64,000 nt of DNA, taken from the NCBI RefSeq assembly GCF_009914755.1, contig NC_060925.1. The stretch is one strand, 5' to 3'. The notes beneath the pieces are model-generated. The model did not search any database. It had not been told where the DNA came from and saw only the letters and a program-made list of their open reading frames with translations. The position numbers and the translations under genes are program-made. This stretch comes from the human T2T-CHM13v2.0 reference genome, Homo sapiens. Below, in pieces: positions 44,490-56,378 of the stretch; positions within the stretch are counted from its first letter, which is position 1, and each line of letters starts with the position of its first letter.

Positions 44490-44600
44490 ATGAAGCATAT
44501 TAACAATGAGAATATATTACTAAATCAGTTACAGAAAAAGTTATATATGAAGCATATTAATAATGAGTATATATTATTAAATCAGTTACAGAAAAGGTTT
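44490..44600. repeat. Tandem duplication, 57-bp unit x2
   Basis: atgaagcatattaa...aaatcagttacagaaaa at 44490 and 44547. Confidence 0.92.
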
Positions 44601-44662
44601 AAATAAAGGTGTTAGGCCCTATCTGTAGATTAGAAGAGATAGTTGATGACAAAATAAAACTC

Positions 44663-44718
44663 ACCAAACTGAAGTTGATACCTTATAAATACCAAACTGA
44701 AGTTAATACATTATAAAT
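44663..44718. repeat. Tandem duplication, 28-bp unit x2
   Basis: accaaactgaagtt(g/a)atac(c/a)ttataaat at 44663 and 44691. Confidence 0.92.
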
Positions 44719-45448
44719 AATTGGACTGACATGTTCAAAATAGTCATTTTATGCTGAACAATGCTTTGTTGTTTAGTAATTGTTCTTTGCAAAACCTAAA
44801 ATATTAATGCTTTTTATCTCTGTTCATCTCATACAACTTATCTAAGTACTTATCTCCCCACATAGGTATACTGAAGATTAGTGGCATTGAAAGACATGGT
44901 TTATTTTGGAGGGCTCTTGTCACTTTTTTGTTCAAGGGATCAGTATTAGATATTCTTTATAAGTTGTTTCCTGTTTTGTTCACATTTTTTCACCATTAAC
45001 TTTTGTCATTAAGTTAGTAAACTTTTGTCCCTTGTTATTGTTTTGCCTCACCTCTCTGTGTTTCTTGACTAGAATGTTTTTATCAGCATCAGCATTCAAG
45101 GATTGAGTTGTTCTTTACAGGTTTTGTGTGCAGAAAACACCTCAAGAGTATGACTTAATTCTCTTTAAAATATGAAGAAAACTAGAGTCTCTGTGATCAT
45201 TCATCTTATTTTTTTTCTCCATTGCAGCCCATTATACAAAACACATGGAGAACAGGATAGAATGCATGGCAATTAAAGCTGTCTCTAAAGCCAAACTGCA
45301 TGGATTCTAATCCTGCCCCCACCCTTTTTACCAGCTGTGCAAACATGGGCAGAGTAATACATGGGTGATAGTTCCACCTCCAAAGAGTTGTTTTGAGGAT
45401 TAAAGATGTAACTTATGTAAAACATGTAGCAAATAATAAGGCATAATA

Positions 45449-45526
45449 CAAGGTTGGCGCAAAAGTAATTGTGGTTTCACATTTTTTAAGTTGCAAAAGC
45501 CACAATTACTTTTGCACCAAACATGA
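45449..45526. mobile_element. MADE1 (Hsmar1 MITE), palindromic, next to a MIR (~45265-45440)
   Basis: aggttggcgcaaaagtaattgtggttt...aagccacaattacttttgcaccaa. Confidence 0.92.
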
Positions 45527-47249
45527 CAGTTTGATGTTTGTACTTGTCGTTGTTATGTTTTCATCATCATCATTAAGATACCCACTTGTCATCACTAAGA
45601 ACTAGATACGTGTTTTCTATCTGAAACTTAAGATAACACATAAATATCCCTGAGCTATTTTCTTGGCCTTTTCAGTTGAGAGTGTTGTTTGCACTAAAAG
45701 TATTCTCTACCATCTCATCCAACATTGTCATGTGAAGCCCTAAGTTGAAGAAATGGAATACTTGTGGGTGGTATTCAGATTCCTTGGCTGGGGAAAAAAA
45801 TTGTTTTTCTATTATGTTAACAAGAAGAAATATTAAATATTAAAAATAATAATAAATTTACTGAAGCAAGGAAGTGGTGGGGAGACTGGATGGCTTTACT
45901 TTATGAGAATTTACCACATTTATGTACTTAGCACCAATTTGTACATATTGGAGTGTGTGGGGCATGCAAACTTGAAAGGACTACTTGTTTGAGTGAAGTA
46001 CTGCAGTCTGAGTGATACAAATTGGGTGAATTAAAGTGGCTCTGGGGATTTGTATTTCAGAGCAGCTGGATGCTTGTGGCTGACAGTGCATAGGCTTTAA
46101 GGCAGTAAAAGTGGGATACAGCAGAAAGTATCCTACTGAAAATGGTGGATGAAGTTTATAAAAACACCCAGGTGCTATAGTGTTAGCAGCCGTATAAATG
46201 CAGTATGTGATTTTTCTTCTCTTTGCTCTTGTCACTTTTTCTTTATAATATTTTTCTAACTCTGTCTTTTAAGTTCCTATTACCTTTAGGAGTCCTCCAG
46301 CAAAAAAATATGAAACCTTATTTTCATGAAAGCCTTTTTTGTTTCACAATTTGCCATTTGTTATTAAAGCCCCTCTACTGAAGAGCTACAAACCCATTTC
46401 CTCCTACTATTTCATCCTTCCTATTCTGTTTCTTAAATGTCTTCTGTGCCTTAAATGTCTTCTGTGCATCCTATGGAAGAAGAACCCTCCTAATTCAGAA
46501 TTCACAGCATGGAGAGAGAAGTTATTTGCTTATTTCATTCATTAATAACTAGAGCCACCAACATACCACATCCTATTTAATGTTGTCATTATTTACAAAA
46601 TGCAAGGGAAAATAGATTATAGTGAAGTGGACTCATTCATAGCAACACTATATATGCCAAAATTTCAGTGACTTGAATGGGTACACAAACAGTTTGGTTT
46701 GTATTCAATGTTTTATCATGTTTTGTTGAAATGTTGATTTTTAAAAAGGCTTTTGAAGTAAACTGAAGAATTCACTTTATGAGAAAAACATTAGAAACTT
46801 GTTTCCTACCTACAAATATCAAAATTATTAAAGAGGCATGTGAATAATTATAATTGAAAGAGTATTTACATTTATTCATGTTTTATAATTCTGTGCAAAA
46901 AATTACTAAGAATTGGTTCAGGTTGCCATTAATATGAAGTGCTTAGAATCCTGTATATGCCAAAGAAACTGCATCTGTGACATGTAATATTTTTCTGTTC
47001 TATTGTAACTTGAGAATTTTACTATGATATTTTAGTTTCTTATATAATTGTTCACCAAATTAAAGCTATAAATATCTTTCTACATTTTATTTACCTTTCC
47101 TGCTGAATTTCCTCCTCTGAACTTACTTTATTCCCTTTTAAATTTTGCCACCATCCTCAGAGAGAGTAATAATTGTTACTATCTCAGGGGCTACAGCAAA
47201 GATTAAGTAAGTTAGATACTAGGCCCAGTACTTAGCACATAAATTCTCA

Positions 47250-47446
<197 letters not shown>

Positions 47447-47913
47447 TCAATATGAGCTAAAATTATAATAAAACTATTTTCCCTAGACAAATTATTCACA
47501 AAGAGGTGCTTAAATAGCTTTTATAATGTAACTCTTTTAAAAGAAAAAAAATTTAAATTATTATCTTTACTTGTTTTTTACGCTATGGTAACTAATTCTA
47601 AAAATGATAGACATTATAAGAAATTTATGTTATTTATAATAGTTAAGTATATGCAAATATTATATGGCATATGACCTTCGGTTAAACGAGATTGAACAAA
47701 AAGTAAATGTAATTGATGCCTATAGATATTTGACCGTATAGTAATGACATTGTGTAGCAGATACCTTTCTCATTTAAGATATTTTCGGAGTCTTTTGGAA
47801 CCTAACCCTCAGTTAATATGATAGACATTTCACTTTACTCTCTTTCCAAACATAATAACATTCCAGATTTATTCTGTATCACATTCATTATTCAAAATCC
47901 TGAAAAGAAAATT

Positions 47914-48192
47914 GACCTGGTGGAGTTGGCTCAAGCCTGTAACCCTAGCACTTTGGGAGGCCAAGGCGAGTGGATCATTTGAGCCCAGGAGTTAGAGACT
48001 AGCCTGGGTAAGATGGTGAAATACCCTTTCTAGAAACAGGCATGGTGGCACACACTTATAGTCCCAGCTACTCAGGAGGCTGAGGTGGGAGGATCACTTG
48101 AACCCCGGAGGTGGAGTTTGTAGTGAGCCCAGATCATACCACTGCACTCCAGCCTGGGCGACTGTCTTAAAAAAAAGAAAGAAAAAGAAAAG
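47914..48192 (+). mobile_element. AluJ with the middle A-tract deleted
   Basis: ggctcaagcctgtaaccctagcactttgggaggcc...ccactgcactccagcctgggcgac. Confidence 0.88.
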
Positions 48193-50108
48193 CATTAAGA
48201 AATACCAGTAAGTGTATATCTATGGACTTTCAATACGATTTGTACCTTTTGGTGACGCATGTCTGACCAGGTGGTTTTTCATTTTAGAGTTAAAAAAAAA
48301 AAGTCCTTACAAGAGAAGATTAATGAGTTTATATGTTTTGGTGCAAAATTAGCTTTTTGGAAGAAAGGGGTTCTTTAAAATATAGTAGTATTGTAGTGTC
48401 ATTTCCTTAGCATATACATTTTCTTCTGTCACTGTCCTTATATTGGCCAGTATTATCTGAACATGTCTGCCCCAGTTCCTCTCAGACTTTACCTCCTACT
48501 ATTTGTTCCCACTCACTGGCACCAATCCCACTGGCCTCTTTGTTGCGGTTTACCTTAGAAGCTTTGTACTAGCTTCCCTCTACCTGTAGTCTTCTTCCCT
48601 GTTAAACCTGCAAGGCTGACTTCCTTACCTCCTAAAGTATTGACTCACACCTCACCTTTGCAGTGCAACTACCTATTGAAAATTACTGTACCTATTCATC
48701 TCCCTGACTACTTTTTATTTCCCCTAAAACACTTGTCACCTTCTAACTTACTCCTTAGGGTCCTCTCAAATACATGATAGGAATTTTTGGCATTTACTCC
48801 CTGGTAAGTGAACCAAAGGCAGTGTATACACTATTAGGTTCTAAGGCAGAAATTGACTTCTGTTTGTTGAACAGGAACATCCTCCACCAAAAGTATATTT
48901 GCCCCTATAATTATCCAATTTTCAATTTCTTTGCCACACTTTCCAAAGAAAGTGCGTTGACATAGAGGAATATGTGTATGTTGAGGAAATGATAGTACTC
49001 TATTTTGGATTTTAAAAGATTCTTCCTTCCAGAAAGCTAATTTTGCCTCAAAGCATATAAACTCATTAATCTTGTCTTTATCTCTGTTTGGTCTGGATAA
49101 CCCAGTTTATTAAATGGCGAAGACCAGGACAGAAAAGGTGAAATGGCTTACACAGAATCGTACATATCATTGGTAGAGCTGCTAAGAAAAACATCCAGAT
49201 GTTCTCTTTGTTCAATACATCATTCTATATGGAGCTGTATTGGAGGTTATCTCTCATCATTTTAAGTCATCACATCATCTGAGGTCATATCCAATGGCAA
49301 AGGAAATGAAGAGATACATTTAAAACTTAACCAGGCTTTTTATAACTCTTTTTGCCTTTCAATCTGAAGATGAAAAATATTATGTTTAGAGATGAGAAAG
49401 TGAGGCAGTTTCAGGCCTTTATCTGAAACAATACTGTATCTCTCTTGTCTCATCAGTCTCAGAGAATGAGCATATTTTAAAATGACTGTAATTAAATATT
49501 GTAACTATGAAAAGAACATTAATTTTACAGCAGGTGAAAATAATGCAATAGTATGTAGCATGAGTGGGGGTAGAGGATACAGCTGTCTAATTTTGGTCTA
49601 CTGGAACTAGTGTAGATTTTCCTTCAAACTGAGCAGAAATGTAGCTCTTAGAGCATAGTAGCAGCTTTCCTTTCTGCTTACAGATTTAAAGTTAAAGGCA
49701 CAAGTTTAATATGCTGTTCGTTCTGTGACTAATCCAGCAGGTTGCTCATTCCGCTCTTGCTAATGCTGCTACCTTGCTTCTAAGTGGACATTGGTACTTG
49801 GGGTATTTATTTTTCTGTATGCTTTGAAGTAGTTATGAATCTTCTGAGAACTAAAGAACTGGGATTCTCCAAAGGCCTATTCTACACTAGCAGGTGAGTG
49901 GTATTATTGTGGGGGTTGAGAAAGCAACAAAGTGTAAACTTCTTTTCATTAGGTGATTTAGCTTTACCTTATTTCTTCCCCTTCTTTCCCCTTTTTAGTG
50001 GAAATTGTTCAAACTTCAGGAATGATTTAATATCTTCTTTCTGGACCCGATAATACATCATATAAGCTACATCAGCATTGTATTTTTTCCCATAATACAG
50101 AAAGAGAA

Positions 50109-50525
50109 TTTTTTTTTTAATTTTATTATTATTATACTTTAAGTTTTAGGGTACATGTGCACCATGTGCAGGTTTGTTACATATGTATACATGTGCCATG
50201 TTGGTGTGCTGCACCCATTAATTCATCATTTAGCATTAGGTATATCTCCTAATGTTATCCTTCCCCCCTCCCCCTACCCCACAACAGTCCCCGGAGTGTG
50301 ATGTTCCCCTTCCTGTGTCCATGTGTTCTCATTGTTCAGTTCCCACCTATGAGTGAGAACATGCAGTGTTTGGTTTTTTGTCCTTGCGATAGTTTGCTGA
50401 GAATGATGGTTTCCAGTTTCATCCGTGTCCCTACAAAGGACATGAACTCATCATTTTTTATGGCTGCATAGTATCCCATGGTGTATATGTGCCACATTTT
50501 CTTAATCCAGTCTATCATTGTTGGA
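50109..50525 (-). mobile_element. Young primate L1 (L1PA3/4-like), 5'-truncated, ~415 bp
   Basis: ttattattatactttaagttttagggtacatgtgcac...cttaatccagtctatcattgttgga; lacks the L1HS-Ta ACA diagnostic. Confidence 0.95.
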
Positions 50526-51559
50526 AAAAAGAGAAAAGAAAACAGAAGTATAACAATACCATATTTATTGGAGTTTGAAATGTGGCCACTAATTTTAGTC
50601 AATATAGTTTCAAATAGTTAAAAGCATTGAAACATATTCATTTAATGAGTTTGTATGCCTGAAAACTAAAATTGGATGTATGGAAGAAAGTGAGGAAATT
50701 AATTTCAGTTTTTTTTCCTTAGCCAGAACATTGCAAATTAAGGAAATGGTTTACTAGATCATTTTATCCCAGCTAATGAAATTTATTTTTCCCCCAATTT
50801 AGTTTCTCTGTCAATTATTCAGAAATTAAAACATACTATATTGTAATATTAAATCTCCAGTGTCTTCTAATTTGATATGAGGTTACCTTTATAGGTAATT
50901 ATTAGAGGAAAGGTGAGATTTTTTTTCTACCTTCACCAGCCCCATTCCCTGCCTGCCTTGCCCCTAGCCACATAGAGTCATCTAACTTGGATAATTACTC
51001 TGTAAAGTCATATTCCTGAAGTCTGGAAGTCTTTCTGTTCAATGTGCTCCAACAAGCTGATTTACTTAAATTCAGTGCTTTGTGCCATTCCCATGAATCT
51101 GAGCTAATTATGCTGCCATTTTTCAGCGATGTGCATTAGAAGTCATGTGTGCCTAATTCTGAGAACAGCTTTGCACATTAAGGCTCATTTGACTAGTGAT
51201 GGTTAGAGAGAAGTTAAGGGACTTACAGTTACTGGTCATAATTTTAAAATACAGTAGTAGTATGGAACTCTCTTGTACTGCAAGCATACAAGATGCTATG
51301 TTGTCAGCCTCTCAGTCTTTAGGAATGTTCCAATTTGGCTTGTGCCTTACCAGTCAAGATGTCACAGAGAAGATATGTTTAGTCATGGAAAAGAAAATCA
51401 GTGTCCAGCATGCAAAGATAGTAAAAGGGTAAGCACTTCCAGTTGGATTTTCATAGGAGGAATTGATTTGTGTGCATTACTGGATCTGTGTAAAATGGTG
51501 TCCTTTTGGCACTAGGTGGATATACATTTCAGTAAATGTTTTTTCTTGCTGCAGATTAG

Positions 51560-52029
51560 TGTAAGACAGTGAAATTTTCAGTAACTGAGGGAAGGCAGTG
51601 GTTGGGCATCTGTTAATAGCCTGAAAGTAACTAATGAGGATGTGCAGTCAGAACGATTGATTGAATAGCTGCAGTCCTGTGTATTTCTTTCTTGCTTGCT
51701 CTCTGCAAGCTGTGGAGAGGGAGGGGGAAGAGCAAGACACAGAGAGGGAGCGAGAGAAAAAACGCTCTCTCTTAAGTGGAAGTAGCACGGATCCCAGGGG
51801 CCAGGAGGCCAGAAATGGAAGTTTAAACTGCATCTGTCTTTTAAAGGGAGAACAGCAGGAATCAAAATGTCAGTCTCCGGAGTTACGATTTACTCCTTGT
51901 TTTCTAAGATCTGGAAGATAACACAGAATACTTTTTTTAGGATGTGGCTTTTTTTTCCTTGTCCATGTTGAGATTATCTAATGTTATCTGAGAAGCTGGA
52001 TTCCTTTATGTCTGTCAGTTGAAGTGGCG
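51560..52029 (+). promoter_or_regulatory. Putative proximal alternative promoter / 5'UTR
   Basis: Repeat-free, GA-rich and locally GC/CpG-richer block immediately upstream of the MGSSCDK candidate. Confidence 0.4.
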
Positions 52030-52051
52030 ATGGGAAGCAGTTGTGATAAAG
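52030..52051 (+). CDS. RASAL2: Candidate alternative RASAL2 first coding exon, MGSSCDK(E)
   Basis: Strong Kozak gcgATGG, 7 codons + 1 nt, donor AAG|GTATAA in phase 1, and an in-frame upstream stop at 51979-51981. It lies ~790 nt before the shared exon, after a purine-rich repeat-free block. Confidence 0.5.
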
Positions 52052-52843
52052 GTATAATACGTATATATCTATCATCTGTGTGTGCGTGTGTATGCATATA
52101 TATATACACATGTATATATATATCACTCTATGAAAAAATCTTAAAAATGTAGCCTTAATACAGTATATAGTAATTAAATGGGAGAAGATCACATTATCTG
52201 CAAAATCCTAAGCTTGTTAGGTTAGTTTGAACAGATTTAGGATTCCAGAGTAAGATCTTAGTAAGGTCATATTGCCAGAACAAGGAGAAGCTGATCTATT
52301 TTTATATCTGCATAGGCATATATGTTATTTTATCTTGGCAGCAGCTTTCAGTCTTCTCATGGCCCTTTTGTTGCAGTCTGGTGAATCATCTTATCTGCAC
52401 AGAACTAACTTTGACCTTTGTGCAAACACCATCAAATCATATGCAACATTAGACTATATTTTGTTCAGAAGAATATTAGAAATTCCATTTTATTCTATTA
52501 ACTCCTACATTGCTGACATGTAGAGAAGTAGATTTATATACTGTGAGATGCAACTATTAAGTGAACTTAAAGATATTAAACATAGCTCAGAGGAAATTAT
52601 TTTTATATGTGCACAGATGAAAATATAAACTGTCACACTAAAGCAGATTCTTAACTGTGACCAAGTCTCTCTAGTGTCTTGATAGTTTAAGCACCTCAAA
52701 GATAGATAAATTATGTGAGATAGAATGTAATATACCTTTAAAGCATGCTGGTTTATTGTGAAAAACCAGTAACTTTACAGTTCAGTGGAAGATCCTAAAT
52801 TTGGGGTTCTTAATGATGTTTCAACTTTCCTCCTTTTTTCCAG

Positions 52844-52950
52844 AGGTACCAGCAGAAAGGTCCCCTCGTAGACGGAGTATCTCAGGGACCAGTACATCAG
52901 AGAAACCCAACTCCATGGACACTGCAAATACCTCACCCTTCAAAGTACCA
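52844..52950 (+). CDS. RASAL2: RASAL2 internal coding exon, 107 nt, (E)VPAERSPRRRSISGTSTSEKPNSMDTANTSPFKVP; phase 1 in, phase 0 out
   Basis: Pyrimidine tract ctttcctccttttttccag| acceptor and CCA|GTAAGT donor. The peptide matches the RASAL2 segment just before the PH domain and is homologous to DAB2IP ESPQERPGSRRSLPG. Confidence 0.96.
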
Positions 52951-53130
52951 GTAAGTGTTTATCTTCTTTATAAGAATATTTTACTTTTCCTTTTCTCCTT
53001 TCTTCTTAGAGTTAGGGGCAGCTACTAAGGAATCCAAACATTCTTCTCTTCAAGAATTTCTTTATAATTCTGTGATTAAAGGATAGACTCATCAACTTGT
53101 GTAAATTAACTGTGGTTAATTGTCAACTAC

Positions 53131-53422
53131 TTTCTTTTTTTGAGACTGAGTCTCACTCTGTCATCCAGGCTGGAGTGCAGTGGCGCGATAACACTCACTG
53201 CAACCTCCCCCTCCCGAGTTTAGGCGATTCTCCTGCCTCAGCCTCCGGAGTAGCTGGAATTACAGGCGCATACCATCATGCCTGGCTAATTTTTGTATTT
53301 TTAGTAGAGGCGGGGTTTTACCACATTGGCCAGGCTGGTCTCAAACTCCTAACCTCAAGTGATCCCCCTGCCTCAGCCTCCCAAAGTGTTGGGATTACAG
53401 GCTTAAGCCACCATGCCCAGCC
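53131..53422 (-). mobile_element. AluSx/Sz-like
   Basis: Reverse dimer flanked by an actactttc duplication. Confidence 0.92.
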
Positions 53423-53871
53423 GTCCACTACTTTCAGTATAATATTTATTAGGTTTTAGGGAATATTATTTTTACTCACAGGGTACTTAACAAAATATGT
53501 AACTACATTAAGTTCAAATTCCTCTCAACTGTAGAGTTCAAATCCTTGCAGACATCTTTTTATCAAGTTGCTAGCAAAAACCTATCACAATTCTGTAAAG
53601 AATCTGGTGGCAGGTTTTTTTTTTAGGAACGGGATGTGGTTTTTTTTATTTTTCAGAGCTGGAACATAAGCAGAGAGTGACGAGACTCAGAAAGTTGCAG
53701 ACTAAATTCACAGAGAATTAGACAATTGTGAATTCTAATCCTAAGACTTGGTCTGCACTTTGCTTAAGCTATCTTTTGGATGACCATGGAAGTGCTTAAG
53801 AAAAACCTTGAAAGAAACTAACTCCTTAAATTGACCAGGCAGTATTGAGAATCAGCATTAAATACAAAAGA

Positions 53872-53934
53872 GGCTGGGCCTAGTGGTTCACACCTGTAAT
53901 CCTAGCATTTTTGGGAGGCTGAGGTGGGAGGATT
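53872..53934 (+). mobile_element. Alu 5' fragment (3'-truncated)
   Basis: ggctgggcctagtggttcacacctgtaatcctagca...gggaggctgaggtgggaggatt, then an abrupt end. Confidence 0.8.
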
Positions 53935-54394
53935 AATTAGACCTTAAGGATATTATTGTGTTCCAGGATGGTCTATAGTGCAGAAATTGACATTGATAAT
54001 AATGATCCTGAATCATCAAGAAAAAGTGAGATTATATTTATTTCACTATTTTTTTAAAAAGTGGAACTATGTTTGTGACATGCATCCATTGAGAACATTT
54101 AAAATGTTGAAGATATGTGATGTTTATAAAACTTGTTATCCAGAAAAGTGGTTTGTGAAGTACCTCATTCCTTGGTCATGCTAGATAAATAATTTATTTT
54201 TTCAAGAGAAATCAAAATATGCTGGCTAAATGAGTACTTGGATATCTGTAGAAATTCATTGTATTTTCTTAAATTTTCATGTAATACCAATAGTAGTGTG
54301 ATTTACATCACTTAAATATATTGCTGATTAGAAGAATGTCTAATTTTCAGGTCAACACACAATACATTTATAATTAATATCACAGTGGACTCTT

Positions 54395-54539
54395 TGAATT
54401 TGGGAAAGCAGTACAAAAAGGAGTCAGACTTTGAGATATTTAACTTAGAGTTGTTTATGCAATATCTGAATTTAGGATAGCAGTACAAAAAGGAGTCAGA
54501 CTTTGAGATATTTAACTTAGAGTTGTTTATACAATATCT
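54395..54539. repeat. Tandem duplication, 72-bp unit x2
   Basis: gcagtacaaaaaggagtcagactttgagatatttaacttagagttgtttat occurs twice, 72 bp apart. Confidence 0.95.
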
Positions 54540-54779
54540 CAGATCGTTTCTATGTTAACTTTGTGGAGAGACAGAACCAATATTTTACCACAAGTACCAG
54601 TGGTTCCAGGATTCAGATGTCATTGCTATGGTGAGCAGTAGGTTTACCACTCATCAATTGGACCCCAAAATTATAGTAGTGGACTCTCACAAAGGACCTT
54701 ATTCTTCCGAGCTCCATTTTCAGACTAACTGAGAGCAGATAAAATAGATTTTAACAAGTCCTAAATGAAATTATTTACA

Positions 54780-55240
54780 ATGACACACTTATTGAATGCT
54801 TACTTTGGGCAAAGTATTGGTGATTCATCAATTGATACCTTCTTGGCATACTGTGCGTGGTATAAAAAAGTTTTCCATTCTGAGACCCTATATATAGCCT
54901 AGTAGCAAGAGATAGAAAAATGACCAGATTCATAAAGAGATAAGTGAGCATGGTAACACAAGTTATTAACAACACAATGTGTAAGTTAAGGCTTTGACAA
55001 GGAGCAGCATTTGAGCAGAGTTTCAAAGTCTGAAAGAAAATAATTGACAGGGGAAGAAAGTACTCCAGGCTGTGGGAATGGCATTTTGGAAAGACACACA
55101 GTCATGGGATGACTGATGCTTCCAGGGATTATAGAAAGAACTGAGTGAGACAGGAATTGAAAAGTATGTGGGCAAAAATCGCAGGTGAGAAGGCCGGAAA
55201 GGTAGGTGGGGGCAAGACTGTGATTGAGTTTGTTCATCAA
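54780..55240 (-). mobile_element. L2 relic
   Basis: cacttattgaatgcttactttgggcaaagt...gcatttgagcagagtttcaaag. Confidence 0.6.
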
Positions 55241-55848
55241 ACTTAACTAAATTATACTTGCTGCTGAAGCATTAAAGATGTGTTTATTAGAATATTTGTC
55301 TTTGACTCTAAAACTGAACAAAGTGGCATGAATACTGTGAAATATGGGTAAATTACTTGACTCTTCTCCTAAGTGAGTCTTTTTTCCTCTTGCTGTCACT
55401 ATTCCAACTCAGGGTGATAGGTAAGGGGCTATCATTCAATAGAAGGCCAGCCCAGCACTCACCCCTGGCCTTTCAGCTGATACTACTGATTTTTCTAGAA
55501 TAATATTTAGCCTTAAGGAGATCAAGGAGAAGCCAGTGGGTAAGGATCACTCATATCCTGCTGGTTGATGCCAAGTTAGGCAGAAAGAAGAATAACTGTA
55601 ACAGTGAGCTCAAAGCAGGGAACCCTAAAAAACCTTTGTATGCCTTCCTCATTCACAAAAATTTATACTTTTAAAAACTTAAAATAGGCAACTGGTACAG
55701 CAGGGTATTCATGTATAATAACATTCAAAATGTGGGAAGAAGAGGAAATTTATATGGCTACTGAACCTGTAGGTTAAGGCAATGTCTTGGTTTTCAGCAA
55801 TATTTAAATGTATTTGTACTCTTATCTAATCATAGCCATAAGAAAAAG

Positions 55849-56378
55849 TAGTGGTCCCCAACCTTTCTGGCACCAGGGACCAGTTTTGTGGAAGACAATT
55901 TTTCCACGGACCAGGGTTGGGTTGTGGGGGATGGTTTGGGGATGATTGAAGTGCATTACATTTATTGTGCACTTTATTTCTGTTATTATTAGGTTGTAAT
56001 ATATAATGAAATAATTATGCAACTCACCATAATGTAGAATCACTGGGAACCCTGAGTTTGTTTTTCTGCAACTAGACGGTCCCATCTGGGGGTGATGGTA
56101 GACAGTGACAGATCCTCACGCAGTAGATTCTCATCAGGAACACACAACCTAGATCCCTCGCATGCGCAGTTCACAATAGGGTATGTGCTCCTATGAGAAT
56201 CTAATGCCACCGCTGATCTGACAGGAGGCAGAGCTCAGGCTGCAAGTCGATGGGGAGCAGCTGTAAACACAGATGATGTTTTACTCGCTCACCTGCTGCT
56301 CACCTCCTGCTGTGCCGCCCAGTTCCTAACAGGCCACAGACCAGTACTGGTCCATGGCCCTGGGGTTGAGGACCCCTG
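55849..56378 (-). mobile_element. MER1A (hAT-Charlie), full length
   Basis: gtggtccccaacctttctggcaccagggacc...ggggttgaggacccctg, ~530 bp. Confidence 0.92.

Noticed and set aside
51661-51921. 86-aa ORF (…EREGEEQDTEREREKKR…) as a coding exon
   Set aside because: It starts at a non-ATG codon, reflects GA-rich composition and ends in a stop without a suitable donor; it is better read as promoter or 5'UTR.
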